From Utricularia gibba (taxonomy: Eukaryota > Plantae > Magnoliophyta): a DNA stretch of 64,000 bases. Below the pieces are notes generated by a model. That model was not told the DNA's origin, searched no databases, and saw only the letters and a list, made by a program, of their open reading frames with translations. Below, one piece after another: positions 34,748 through 47,303 of this stretch (its first letter is position 1; every line of letters starts with the position of its first letter). The position numbers and the translations under genes were made by a program. The stretch covers positions 1-64,000 of the forward strand of contig CM007990.1 in NCBI GenBank assembly GCA_002189035.1, written 5' to 3'.

Positions 34748-37700
34748 ATGAACAGCGGAACGAGTAATTCTTTGCTGTCCTCGGCATCGGGGTCGGCGTC
34801 GGGGAACAACGGCCAGGTGCCGGGTTTGAAGACGTATTTCAAAACCCAAGAAGGTAAATATAAACTTCAGTATGAAAAGACTCATCCTACAGGTCTTCTG
34901 CACTACGCCCATGGAAAAACGGTTACCCAGGTTGGCTGATTTTTTTTTTTTTTCTCTAAGACTTGCTCGGCGTGATGGACAAAGTGCTTAATTAAGAACC
35001 TCGAAGATTTTTTTTTTTTTTTTTGTTCAGTTATGATTATCGGCTGGTTGGGAGATCCTAAAATTGGAAGTCACTCCTCGATTGTTGTAAATATATTAAG
35101 ATTGAGTTCAGTATCATCCGTAGCCTGTTGTGATAAATGTCTCTTTGCAGATTGTTAGTAGTGTTCTTATAATCTTTCTTTTTAATTGTAATCACTCATG
35201 CCCTTCGCCATGGTATCTGTAAAAGGATGAATCTTAATAATAGGATGAAAACTTGTAGCTCTTAGGATCGTTTTTTGTCTGGAAAATTGTGAAATAAGCT
35301 GTGAGCATTATAATCATGCAAATGTTTAACTATTTTCCAGGTGACGCTAGCTCATCTCAAGGATAAGCCAGTGCAGGCACCCACACAGACATCTTCCGGT
35401 TTAGGAGTGAGTAGTGGAGTGAGGTCTGCAGCATCCCGATTATTAGGCGGTGCAAATGGGAGTAGGGCACTAAGTTTTGTTGGAGGGAACGGTGGGGGTA
35501 AATCAGTGAGTGGGACTACTATTCGAATAGGATCATTAGGGTCCTCAAGTTCAAGTAATCTTATTGGTAACCAAAATTTTGATGGCAAGGGGTCTTACTT
35601 GATTTTCAATGTTGGTGATTCCATTTTCATCAGTGACTTGAACTCTCAAGATAAGGTAGTGTTTGTTGCCTTCATTTATTAGTGCATTCGAAGGTCATTT
35701 TGTTGTATATCTCTAAGGCTTGATCTGCGTTCCAGGATCCTATAAAGTCTATACAGTTTAGCAACTCAAATCCTGTTTGCCACTCTTATGATCATGACTC
35801 CAAGGATGGGCATGATTTACTTATCGGTTTGAACTCTGGAGATGGTATGTGCTCTACGTCAGAAATTTAAACCGTACCTCAAATTTGGCCATTGTTTAAA
35901 AAAGGCGTTATTTGAGCTTTTTGTAGTTTATTCAGCATCTCTAAGGCAGCAGCTGCAGGATGTTGGGAGAAAGCTTGTGGGAGCTCAACACTATAATAAA
36001 GATGGATTCATTAATAACAAGTACCAAGTTTGATTACTGTCTTAGATTTTCATAATCTGTGTGTAAAACATTATGAGAATTGTGTTGACGCTGCATGAGT
36101 TATGGACATAATGCTGAGGCCGGATTGAATTTTACTATATTTCTGGGTTTCATTTACACCTGTGTACGTTGTTCAGAATGTTTGTGTTTGTACATCTTGC
36201 AGTTTTATTGTGATGCGTGTGCTGTTTGTTTCTCAAATAATGCCTGCGTCTCTCTGAATATCCCTCGTTTTTTTTCTTTACAACAGCCGTTGTACTTGTA
36301 TTGCTTGGGTTCCCAATGGAGATGGAACTTTTGTTGTTGCTCATTCGGATGGCAATATGTACATATATGAAAAGGCAAGTTTGCAAATTATGTTGTTAGT
36401 AATCATGATTTCCTTATATTGCTTGATCATTTAAATGATTTTTTTAATCATCCCAGCTTAGAGATGGTTCAGGTGACCCTTCTTTTCCTGTTATAAAAGA
36501 TCAAGCTCTATTTTGTGTATCTCATGCACGCTACAGTAAGGTACTCGTTTGTTCCATGGCCATCATGGGGTTTCTTCACTTTAAAATTAGCCAAGTGCTA
36601 TGTTAGGCTGCTATAATTTGTTTTTTTTTGTTATTATTTTCAGATTGGCTTGTTATCCATTTGTGTGCTCGATTTTTTTGTGTGTTTGCCAGCGTCATCA
36701 TTACATGTAGTTTTTTGGATCTGGACTGCTTACTTTTCGGTGCTTCCCCTTTATTATCATTTTTGTTGTATAAACATCTCTGTTGTAGTTTCTACAGAAC
36801 CCTGTTGCCAGATGGCATATGGGCCAAGGTTCAATAAATGGATTAGAGTTTTCGCCCGATGGTTCATATTTGGCAACTGTGGGAAGAGATGGTATTATAT
36901 TCTCACTCATTATAGTTCTATTTCTTTTTCCCACGTATCTTCAGGAAAAAAAAAATGTTATCACAGGATTCCTGAGAGTCTTTGACTATAAAAAGGAACT
37001 ACTGCATTGTGGAGGGAAAAGTTATTATGGTGGTCTCTTATGTTGTGCGTGGAGGCAAGTTTTAGTTTTCTGTCATTCCTTGACTTTCTTTCTCTAGTAA
37101 ATGAATTTGAGCTCTCTAAAGGGCTTCGCCTTCTTGTCAAGATTAAGTGATCAGTCCTATAGCATTCTGAAATAACTGATGTAAAACATCAGCTTCGATG
37201 GAAAATATATTTTGACTGGAGGCGAGGATGATCTTGTTCAAGTTTGGAGCATGGAGGATAAAAAAGTTGTTGCATGGGGTGAGGGGCACAATTCATGGGT
37301 GAGATTCCTTGTTTTGTTGAATTGGCATTTTTCTGTGGCATATTTCAAAGCATTAGCTCATGATTGTTTTCTATTCATGGTTTATATCCTCTTTGTACCT
37401 GCAAAGTCAATTTGATGTATGATGTAGGGAACCCATTTTTCTGATGATGTTTCTCATCCGCACTGGTTGAATCTCCTGCCTTTTGGTTCCTTGTCAGTAC
37501 AGGTCAGTGGCGTGGCATTTGATCCATATTGGCAGCCTCCGAATTCAGATGTTGTCGAAAATGTTATATACCGCTTTGGTTCAGTTGGGCAGGTACTGAA
37601 TATTAGTGCTTTCATCATCCGCTAGCCTGAATCATGTGGTATTAATAATACTCATGTCGGCCATGGTCTTGCTATTTTAGTTAACAAAGCAACAGGCAGG

Positions 37701-38236
37701 AAGATGAACATAATTCCTGTTTTCTCCAAACTTAGGGAATCACGTTTAATGAAACGCATCATGCACACAATAATACCCAATGGCTTGTGTTTTTTTTCCC
37801 TGTTCAATTGCATTCCTTTATGGGCTTATTTCCCATGCAGGATGCCCAGTTGCTCTTATGGGACCTTGAAATGGATGAGCTTGTAGTTCCTGTCCGCCGT
37901 GCCCCCGGTGGTTCACCAACTTTTAGTGCTGGAGGTCAGTCTGCTCACTGGGACGATGCATCCCCAACTAGCACCTTAAGACCTGCCCCAAGCATGCGAG
38001 ACGTTCCAAAGCTCTCCCCGCTGGTGGTTCATCGTGCTCACACTGAACCACTCTCGGGATTGAATTTTACACGGGACTCGGTTCTCACAGTTTCCAGGGA
38101 GAGCAACATTAAGATTTGGATGAGGCCAAGTTCCTCGGATGGACAACCAACTACCACCGATTCTTTTGTAAGCGCCAACTCAAATGAAAAACCATCACAA
38201 TCAGATAACGTCTGCAGTTCTGTTCCCAAACAATGA
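34748..38236 (+). CDS. WD40-repeat protein, WDR20/DMWD-like (At2g37160/At3g53390-like), multi-exon
   Basis: GLKTYFKTQEGKYKLQYEKTHP..HGKTVTQ|VTLAHLK, YLIFNVGD, FSPDGSYLATVGRDG, KSYYGGLLCCAW, TGGEDDLVQVW and FGSVGQD. Confidence 0.93.
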
Positions 38237-39597
38237 CGAGGCATGAGACTGCATAGAGATTGTTCGTTCAACCCATTTGCTTGCACGGTGCTTATCTGAT
38301 ATGACATTATCGCCAGGCAAGATGACAGGAGCCTTTGTATAGTCAGAGAGCGTAAACCACCGAGTCCTGTGAGGAGCATCTGTGACACTTTAGACAGAAC
38401 CGCTTGCTCAGTCCATTTTGTAAGTATTTAAAGAACTCTCTGACAAGGATTTCAGGCACATGAAAAAGAAATAAACGATGTTGCTGTCTCTTTCTCAAAC
38501 CTTTTTTTTTTTTTTTTTACTTTAATGATGCTGGTTCATTGGTAACAGCATCGTTCATTGGTAGCATTGGTTCAAGAATGCCGATCCGCATCCCTATTCA
38601 GCAAGACGCAGGCTTCACACGGTCATGGCCTTATTTTTGCCGCGTCCCACTTTGCATTGGTTGGGAGGTTTGCGCCGTCGCGCCAACCGAATATGCTGGT
38701 TGAGCACTGCGCTGCTGGGAAATCGGCAGCCTTGTCTCCCGAGCTCTCCAATTCCAGATTTTCAAGAATATGGAAGTACCACACACTGCACCTCCAAAAC
38801 TACTGATAGAAGAGCTTGTAGATGAAGCTAGAGACATGCACAGAGGAAAACAGACACGCTGGACATATGTTTTCACTTGCCAAATCTATCAGCTTAACCA
38901 ATGAATAGAAAAGCATGCGCAGAGAGCATTAGCAAAGTGAGCTGGACAGAGCATATCCTCCTCGTACTGCATAGAAGAAAAAAGAGGCCTCCTAGATTCT
39001 TTCAAGTGAGGGTGAGATCACATACCGATGACGGTTGAAGTCATTGATGCGAGGACACCTGAAAATGTCATATAGAAATACGCTGGTTCCCCTCTTAATA
39101 ATAAGAAATGAATGAAGCAGATGTAGAAGCATTAAATGTGACAGTGGGGATCCGAATAGCGTCACGATCCAGGGAAGGCATCAGCTGTACGCCAAATAGG
39201 GAGGGATACTTAGACAGCATTTAATACCCATTTACTTATCTTGCATAATACATTTGTTGGAGTGCACGTGCTACTTTCTATCTGTGAATTAAAGGTGAGC
39301 GAGCATACCTGATGCCACAGCACCGCATAAAGGTGATCATCTACACAGTTGATACAGAAAAACGACCTGATCCGTGTTGCAGCGCATGCCCACTACTTGT
39401 TCAAGTTGAACAGATACATGGCTCAGGAGAAAGTGTGTTTGATATTATTATTATTATTATTCCATTACACAAACCAAGCTAAGGTTTTGCATGTGGACTC
39501 CATTTTTCAAGAAAAAAATTCCATGCACAAATTCCAATCTTGCAGTTTGAACATTGAAAACAAAAACTGGTTTCATATGGTATGGTTTCGTGTGGAT

Positions 39598-41916
39598 CTA
39601 GAAAACGAGTCCCTCCTGCACCAATTGCTCCAATGAAAGAGCTAAATCCGACATGCAAATTGTTCTTGTCCCACTGCTATCTTGTTGTCTGAGAGCGAGC
39701 TCCGCTATCTCTGCAAGTTTCAACAGAGGCTCAATGTTTTTAGGTGTAGTCACACGTCTGTCGATGATGACTCCAGCTTTGCCCTTTTTAATACAAGGCA
39801 AGGCCCAGTCCACGATGTTAGGAGGATCACATTCCTCATCATGAGCCTTTCTTCCTGTGAGAATTTCAAGAAGCACAACTCCAAATCCGTGCACATCCAT
39901 TCTCATATCTGCATCAACATCTCTTTCCTTGGGAGTCAGCAGCCCGAAACCGGAAATTCTTGCGCACCAATCGGCATCGAGGAGGATTTTCGAGCTCCGG
40001 ATGCTGCGGTGGGCAATCGGAGGCACAACATCCTTGTGAAGATATTCAAGACCCTTGGCTGCCTGCATTGCAATTCTCAATCTCAGGCTCCAGTTCAGAG
40101 TTCGCAGGTTCCCATGGATATGATCCTTGAGTGTTCCCTGTGGCATAAACTCATAAACCAACAGACGTTCCCCCATTTCTGCACAGTATCCCAACAGGTT
40201 CACAATGTTCTTATGCCTGACATTGCATAGGATTTCAAGCTCCATTTCAAAGTCACGGATGTTCGAGTGGATTATCGTGGCTGCATTTGCTCGCCTCACT
40301 GCAACCTGCCTTCCATCGGCAAGTACAGCTTTGTACACAAACCCATAGCTTCCCCTCCCAAGTTCGTTGAACTCTTTAAACCCATTAGTTGCATCCTTAA
40401 GTTCAGAGAGTCTGAAAACCTTGGGTGCACCGGGGAAATTCGCAACCGGTGCTGCTAGATTTTGAGCATCACTTTCATCAGACCCACGTTCAGTTTTGGC
40501 AATGCAAGGAAGGAACAACTTATTGCTCTTTATATCCAGGCTTACTAATCGAGGGAAAAAGTACCAGGCACCCAAAATCAACAGGAATCCAGAAGCAGAG
40601 GAACCAAGTTTAAGCAGCAACTGACCTAAATGACCCGCATTCCAATGTCCTCCCTTCAAAGAATGAAGTCCACAACTATTCCTGCACGAACTGTTCTGGC
40701 AAAGAGAGCAAGGGGTGCAAACTCTGTCTGCATCGACAGTACATGTACTGGAAGGGAAAAAACCTTCTGAACAATTCAAGCCACAAAAAGAACATATCTT
40801 TAGATCTTTCCTCACACACAAACTCGTTAAAGGTTCATTAAGAAGGCTGGCGTTGAAAGCAAACATGTTTTCTTTACAAGGACCAGGAGTGCAAAGTCCT
40901 GGGCTACACAGCTCCAACGGTGGATCAAAATCAGCCGCCGAAGATGTGTTTGTGAACCAGCAATCTAGAATCAAATCACTCTCCCTGATACCGCAAGTGA
41001 CAAAATTGGATGAAGCAACAGACAGAAAGCCAGAACCTTTTGGGATCAATGAATAATTGAAATTTCCCCAGCATTCAATACCATGGTTGTCTGCTCTTAT
41101 GCCACAAAAATGGAGTTCCCCGGCGGCAAGATAGACGAATCCAACCCTAGATGGAGGCTTACCGTGAGAATCAGGATTCCCCCAACACTGAACTTCGCCA
41201 TTCATCACTGAAACGCCGCAAAGTGAATCCATACCTGAAGCCAAGGTCACAAAGTTCCCTGAAATGCTTGAAAGGCCCAGATTTGCAGCGTTCGGGCCCC
41301 AGCAAACGACCCCGCCATCTCTGGGGGAACCGCAGGAAAACCCGTCACCAGAAACAAGTTCTTTAAACACGGGGGTGCTGAAGTTCTGATCGTAAAAACG
41401 GTTGCTTTGTTTATAGATCAAACTCTCATTGGATCCCTTGGGAATTCGAATATCCCAGCAATCAACTCTCCCAAAATCTCTTTCTGCGTAATATGATCCC
41501 CGAATTGCGCAGACGTGATCCCTACCAGCGGCAATATGAGAATAAGCATCAGGCTTCAAAACAGTAGGAACGAGATCAGAATTCTCAGACGATCCCAATG
41601 AATTCCAGCATAGTGCCTGGGAAGTGTTCGCCAAAATGCCGCACATAAACCCCTCCCCACCAGACAACGCCGCCAAGGGAGGCAAAACAGTAGAGTAATG
41701 CAACGCTCTTGAAGACGATGAAGTACGATTAACCGTTTCCCAGCAAATCACAGCCTGCTCCCCGCTCGCGCCAATGGAGCAGAAAAGACTGTAATCTCCG
41801 AAGGACGCTGCGATAGGTCCCATAGATCCGAACCCAGTTGCCGGAGAGGCATAAGGTAGGAGAAAACAGATTAACGCACACAATTGCGGTGAAAATCCCC
41901 GTGAAGAAAGTCTCAT
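39598..41916 (-). CDS. CCR2: CRINKLY4-related receptor-like (pseudo)kinase CCR2-like, 772 aa, intronless
   Basis: GFGSMGPIAASFG start of the crinkly repeats, a TNFR-like Cys region, a TM helix and a kinase-like domain with GRGSYG. HRD/DFG are degenerate (HRSIRSSKILL, ISGFG) and the activation segment is short. Confidence 0.92.
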   Translation of the reverse strand: MRLSSRGFSPQLCALICFLLPYASPATGFGSMGPIAASFGDYSLFCSIGASGEQAVICWETVNRTSSSSRALHYSTVLPPLAALSGGEGFMCGILANTSQALCWNSLGSSENSDLVPTVLKPDAYSHIAAGRDHVCAIRGSYYAERDFGRVDCWDIRIPKGSNESLIYKQSNRFYDQNFSTPVFKELVSGDGFSCGSPRDGGVVCWGPNAANLGLSSISGNFVTLASGMDSLCGVSVMNGEVQCWGNPDSHGKPPSRVGFVYLAAGELHFCGIRADNHGIECWGNFNYSLIPKGSGFLSVASSNFVTCGIRESDLILDCWFTNTSSAADFDPPLELCSPGLCTPGPCKENMFAFNASLLNEPLTSLCVRKDLKICSFCGLNCSEGFFPSSTCTVDADRVCTPCSLCQNSSCRNSCGLHSLKGGHWNAGHLGQLLLKLGSSASGFLLILGAWYFFPRLVSLDIKSNKLFLPCIAKTERGSDESDAQNLAAPVANFPGAPKVFRLSELKDATNGFKEFNELGRGSYGFVYKAVLADGRQVAVRRANAATIIHSNIRDFEMELEILCNVRHKNIVNLLGYCAEMGERLLVYEFMPQGTLKDHIHGNLRTLNWSLRLRIAMQAAKGLEYLHKDVVPPIAHRSIRSSKILLDADWCARISGFGLLTPKERDVDADMRMDVHGFGVVLLEILTGRKAHDEECDPPNIVDWALPCIKKGKAGVIIDRRVTTPKNIEPLLKLAEIAELALRQQDSSGTRTICMSDLALSLEQLVQEGLVF

Positions 41917-43640
41917 GAGTTCTGTTGCTCTTTTGCAGTAGAAGTAGAAATGCGCATGGATTGAAGACTTCGCCGAGTACGAGGCTCCACGACGATGCGA
42001 CTTGACTTCCTCTGGAGCTGCTGATGCAAAGGGAACGTGAATTCTGGGGCTACTTGCTCCATTTTCACTCCAGCTGTTGTTATTTGTTCGTTTTTTTTTT
42101 CCTTGTTACAGTGGGCATTTCGCCGCAAAGATGCTGCATCGTCTACCAATGGATAAAAAGCCAAAAGCTTTGCTCTTTCTAACCTCCAGTGAGCAATTGG
42201 TTGGCCTTTAAAACGGTAATTTCCTTGGCATGGTCTGAGCTGCCCAGAATCAGCATGTTTTTTTAGTGATGTTCATCTGCTCAAAAGAACCTTGATTTGG
42301 AGATTATATGGAGTGCTTAATGGAAACAACTTGGTCTAATATTTTTTTGACTGAGAAGCATCTCATTATGACAAGATTAGTGTGGGGTTGGGGGTGGGCT
42401 GTAATGTTTAGCCACCAAAGAGCAAAGCAGCGATGCACATGATGCGCGTAAGGGATAAGTTTTCTGGAATAATATTCGTGGGATCGTGTTGTGTGACAGA
42501 TCACTGGGCAGAATGGGTTTTGACCCCATGCCATTAAATGAAAAGTTTTGTTTATTAGTTGGGTATGAAATGAATAAGGAAAGAAATCCATTTTCTTACG
42601 GTAAAACAACGCTAAGAATTCATTATGCCGAAGCTGAAGAACAAAGAACTTATCCGGTAAAAACCTAGTGATTCTGTGTCCTTGATGCTACACACTACAC
42701 AGCAGCATGTGGATTTTCGCCCTTGTGATCACAGCGCGAGTCCAAAGCAGTTGATCTGGGAATCCCTACAGTCAACATAGCAGAACACGGCAAGTACATC
42801 CCATCCAATACTTGGGACCGGGCGGGGTTGGGCTGCAGCCGTCATCAGACTGCAGAGCACTTGCTTTCAGTGTGTTGGACTTGATTGTGTTGGCTTCGAT
42901 CGTAAGTGCAGTGAAGCGAAGCACGATGGAAGAGATCGGAGATCCATAAAATGTAGGCAGATGACATCCAAGAATGGTGGGTGATTTCATCAAAAAGGCA
43001 GAATAAGGTCACATATTTATTACATTCTTCGTGAGTGTGAGTGACACGACACACACACGGGGCTTGTTCATTTCTGACACTGCCACGCCCAGGCAATGAA
43101 ATCCGTAGTTAATGCACACTGCGGATCCGTGGACACTTTGAAAGAGCTTGGGAGTTTCCTAGAAGAACTACCGCATTTTGAAAGAGATTCATGTTCAACG
43201 GCCAACACTCAGAAGTAGGAAACTCAAAGTAAACCATTGATCATCACACACGTTGACTGATGGGCGATACACGTACAAGAATAGCGAGCGAGCGAGCTGC
43301 TGCTTGCTACCTTTGTAAGAGAGAAAGAGAACGAAGCCGGGCCTGATGGATTTGACTCCCCAAAAGACAATTTATAAAGCAGGCCCACTCCATGAATACA
43401 ATCCCTGCTTTTTTTTTTCGGAATCAAAATTCCCATCTGTGGGCTGGGCTGCGCTCATCTTCACCCCACACACTACACGGCTCAAAGAGTGAGATGTCGA
43501 TAGCAATTTCTATGTACACCGACCGATTCCTGGGAGGTAATCAGGAGATGAAGCAAGACAGGGCACAACACGGGATAATTAACTCCATAACCATCCACCT
43601 CGCCTGGCTCCTCATCACGTATTTGACACAAACCAGAAGT

Positions 43641-43834
43641 CTACTCCTTGGGAGGTGCAGGAAGAGGGGGTAAGCAGCGTACGCCGGCGGTGCGGGAACC
43701 GGGGGTCCCAGTCCTCCATAGAACTGCCCGCCGAACTGCTGCTGTCTGGCGCGCCTTCGGTAGAGGAGGTACCCGGCGATCACCAGGATCAGTAGCAGCA
43801 ACAACAGTAAGGGCAACGATATCACCACGTACAT
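43641..43834 (-). CDS. Small single-pass membrane protein with a Pro-rich tail (~64 aa if the G5 at 43666-43670 is really G6)
   Basis: ATG 43834 gives MYVVISLPLLLLLLLILVIAGYLLYRRRARQQQFGGQFYGGLGPPVPAPPAYAAY. Adding one C gives PPLPAPPKE* (TAG 43643-43641). The TM helix is followed by a basic stop-transfer stretch. Confidence 0.7.
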
Positions 43835-45719
43835 CCCTGCCAGCCACAGACACGAATCAAAAGGAAAATTACGACACAAGCTCTCGATAGCTCAGAGGAG
43901 GAACTCCTCTTTTGATTCTACTCCGAATTACGGACCTCCCCTTGCGTTGACGTTTTAATATGGGCCTGTTAATTTTGAAAACAGAAAGGCCCAGCCCGCG
44001 TCGCACGCCGCACTAAAAGACAATCATGCGCGCCGATCGTCGAAAGATGCAGGAACGGGAGACCACCCTCCCCCACCCACCAAACACAGAAGAAGAAGCA
44101 GAAGAAGATGAAGAAGAAAAGAAACAAAAGGATAGGAGAAATGAATATCTGAGAACCATATAGAAGAAGGGACAAAACACTGTTTGGTTTCAATACTTGG
44201 AATCGATGGGTTCGTCACTATTGCTCGTTGCAATCAGCTGTGGTCTGGTTTGGACGGACCCATTTTGTGTCTCCCGGAGTATGATTGATCCGACAGGTGG
44301 TCGTCTCATTGAAGACGTGGCCTCCCTTGGCCGCTACACTCCAACTCAAACCCCAAATAAGTCGTTCCCAGGGAATTAACTCCGTCCGTGTCGCTCGTAT
44401 CCAAGAGAAACTGTCAAAGAACGCAGCTTGATTTGTTCAATGTTGCAGCATGACGCATAGAAGGAGCGCGCGCATGATCTCAACCCCATTCCTCGCGATC
44501 GCCTTTCCTGGCCCCGGCCCCGGCCCCGGGTCAATGACACTCCTTTTTTTTCATTTTAATCCAGCGGGCCCTTCTTGTCCCTCACCAAAAAGTAAAAACT
44601 CAGACTTCCAAATCTTATCGCATAAACGTGAAGACCTTGGTCCATATGTTTTCTTTCTCTTTTTCCTTTTAGAAAAAGTGGTGGAATGAGCAGGGAAGGG
44701 GGTCTGTCTATCTCTTTTGAAAACCATGTAGCCAACCCATGAACATGGACACAGTTGTTGAAGTGAGATTGATAATGTTGGAAGTGTGTCATCGCTTTTG
44801 GGGGCAGTGCAGTGCGGTAGCTTACAACAGTCGGCACCTTATGCATGATTTTCAGCCCAACCAAATTGTTGTGCTGTTCAATCCAACTCCAGACTCCCCT
44901 CTCTCGCTCCTTTTAACCACACACCACAACACCAGCAGCATCATGATTCAAATGACTAGTGCCATCATCCCGCCCCTGGACAAGAACACAACAATCACTG
45001 CTTCCCTCCACCAAACCTACATAATTATTTTGTTACCAACTCATCCATTCGGTAGAACCAGCTGCTTAGCTCGCAAAGCAAAGTGGTCAGTCCAACTTTG
45101 ACTCCCCTCCTCCCTCCCTTGCTCTTCTTACCCCCTCTCTTTAGTTTGTAAACCTGCAGGTTTTCGCTGTTGAAAGTCGGCATAAAGGCAGGCAGGCAAG
45201 GCTGAAGCGTAGAAACTGGAACAAGGCAAAAAGCAAATGGAGAAAGAGGACATTCTTCGTACATGCCGGAGCAAAAACAACCCCCTACCTAAGTGCTTGG
45301 AATTTACGTATCCCTTTTCACATGCCAACCGGTCACTTCTTTTTTATCCCAATTGCCGGTAGCGTCTCCACATATCACAAGTCTTCGGTAAAAAAATGTT
45401 GAATGCACAGTAAAAGTATGATGACGATGCCACGAGGTAGTGGGGTCAGGGAAGCTGCACAGCTGTTGAATTTCATCTTTTCATTTCTGGGTGTGGGAAG
45501 ACAAGAGGAAAGAACCAAAATTGGTAAAGCGGAGTGAATGAATGTGCCCTGCCGTCAGTGAATGCAGCTTTGTATGTGTGATATATAAAACTTCCATCCC
45601 GCAGTATATACGTACAAAGCTTTGTACTTTATCAGACACCAAGAGACCCAAATAGGTGCTTTTGTAGTTGTATGTATGTGTGCTTCTGTATCTGCCAATC
45701 TCTATGTATGTGGACAGGT

Positions 45720-45727
45720 TATATAAA
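45720..45727 (+). promoter_or_regulatory. TATA box of LOG
   Basis: TATATAAA about 63 nt upstream of the ATG at 45790. Confidence 0.6.
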
Positions 45728-45789
45728 GCAGCAGCAGGCAAGGGTTGGTGAGGTCCTGTTGTCTATAGGTAACACATAGGAAGGGGGAA

Positions 45790-47303
45790 ATGTCAAAGGA
45801 AAAGATGGAGTTGGGGCAGGGTGAGGTGACTCCATCAAGATTCAGACGCGTTTGCGTTTTCTGTGGGAGTAGCCAGGGAAAGAAGTCTAGTTATCAAGAA
45901 GCTGCCATTGAGCTCGGCAGAGTCTTGGTATACCACTACCCTGCTCTGCTTCTCCTCTTTGTTGTTCTCCTATAACCTGTAAACTAACTTTTGCGAAGAA
46001 GGTATCAAGAAGAATTGACTTGGTTTATGGGGGAGGAAGCATAGGGCTAATGGGTCTGGTTTCGCAAGCTGTTCATGACGGTGGTCGCCATGTTATCGGG
46101 TGCGTAAGCTCCCTTCTCCTCATAGCTGCACTACAATCTACACCTCGGTATAGCTATTTGCTACGCCATGCTCGTAGTGAATGGGAAAATAATTTTATTG
46201 TCTTGTGCTCCCACGCAGGGTCATTCCGAGAACTCTCATGCCCCGAGAGGTATGGATTTTTCTAATCAACGATCGTAAATCACACACATTACGTGGGGTT
46301 GGAACCCCTCGATACTGCTTGTCCACAAGCTTTGGTTTGGTGTCCAAATCCAACATCGCCTACCTTTTTAGTTAGCTTTGGGGCTTCTTAATGGTTTCTT
46401 TCTGTTACGCATATGGCAAGCACCTCACTAGTGTTCCATGCCGTGGCTGGCTTTTTGGGTCTCTGATGTTTATCCATATCTTCTCCTCTCTCTATCACTT
46501 GGGTCCAGGGGCTGCTCTCTGTACTCGTTCATTTTTCGCGTATTCTTAGTTATATATATAGAATGGGGGTTGCGGGTGTCGTTTACTGTAGTTTAAGATA
46601 CGGAAATTTAACTGCTTTCATGCAAGTACTGCATTTTCAAAGCTTAACAGCACTCAGCTTTAAACATCACTCCGCTTTCCGCTTTATTGTGTGCTTCGTC
46701 ATTCGTTTTGCAGTTAACTGGTGTAACAGTAGGGGAGGTAAAACCTGTCGCAGATATGCACCAAAGAAAAGCTGAGATGGCTAAGCACTCAGATGCATTC
46801 ATTGCCTTGCCAGGTTCGCCATATGCACCTCTCTGAAATCATTTGGTTTTAGGACACTGATTCGTATATTTCATGCAGGTGGTTATGGAACACTGGAGGA
46901 GTTGCTAGAAGTAATAGCTTGGGCGCAACTCGGAATCCATGAAAAACCGGCAAGTTGCTTACCGTTGGTATCAATTCAGAATCTAAAGGCGAGTGAGATC
47001 CAAACTCAATCCGTGTTGCAGGTGGGATTGCTCAATGTTGATGGATATTACAACTCCCTACTTTCATTCATCGACGAAGCTGTCGAGGAAGGGTTCATTA
47101 GCCAGAATGCTCGTCACATCATTGTGTCGGCTCCCACACCCAAAGAACTTGTCATGAAAATGGAGGTAGCAAACTAAGTTCAGAGATCAATGTTATTCCT
47201 AAGACAACCATTTAAATTCAGTGTTTACGTGAGGCAGGAATACGTGCCCCAGCATGAGCGAGTTGCCTCACAACTGAACTGGGAAAGTGGCCAGATCCCC
47301 TAG
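45790..47303 (+). CDS. LOG: Cytokinin riboside 5'-monophosphate phosphoribohydrolase LONELY GUY (7 exons)
   Basis: [59 protein letters not shown] and last exon [16 protein letters not shown]. Confidence 0.97.

Noticed and set aside
39860-40060. Missing HRD/DFG and short activation loop in the CCR kinase, as possible pseudogenisation
   Set aside because: CCR1/CCR2 are known to have degenerate kinase domains, and the ORF is intact.
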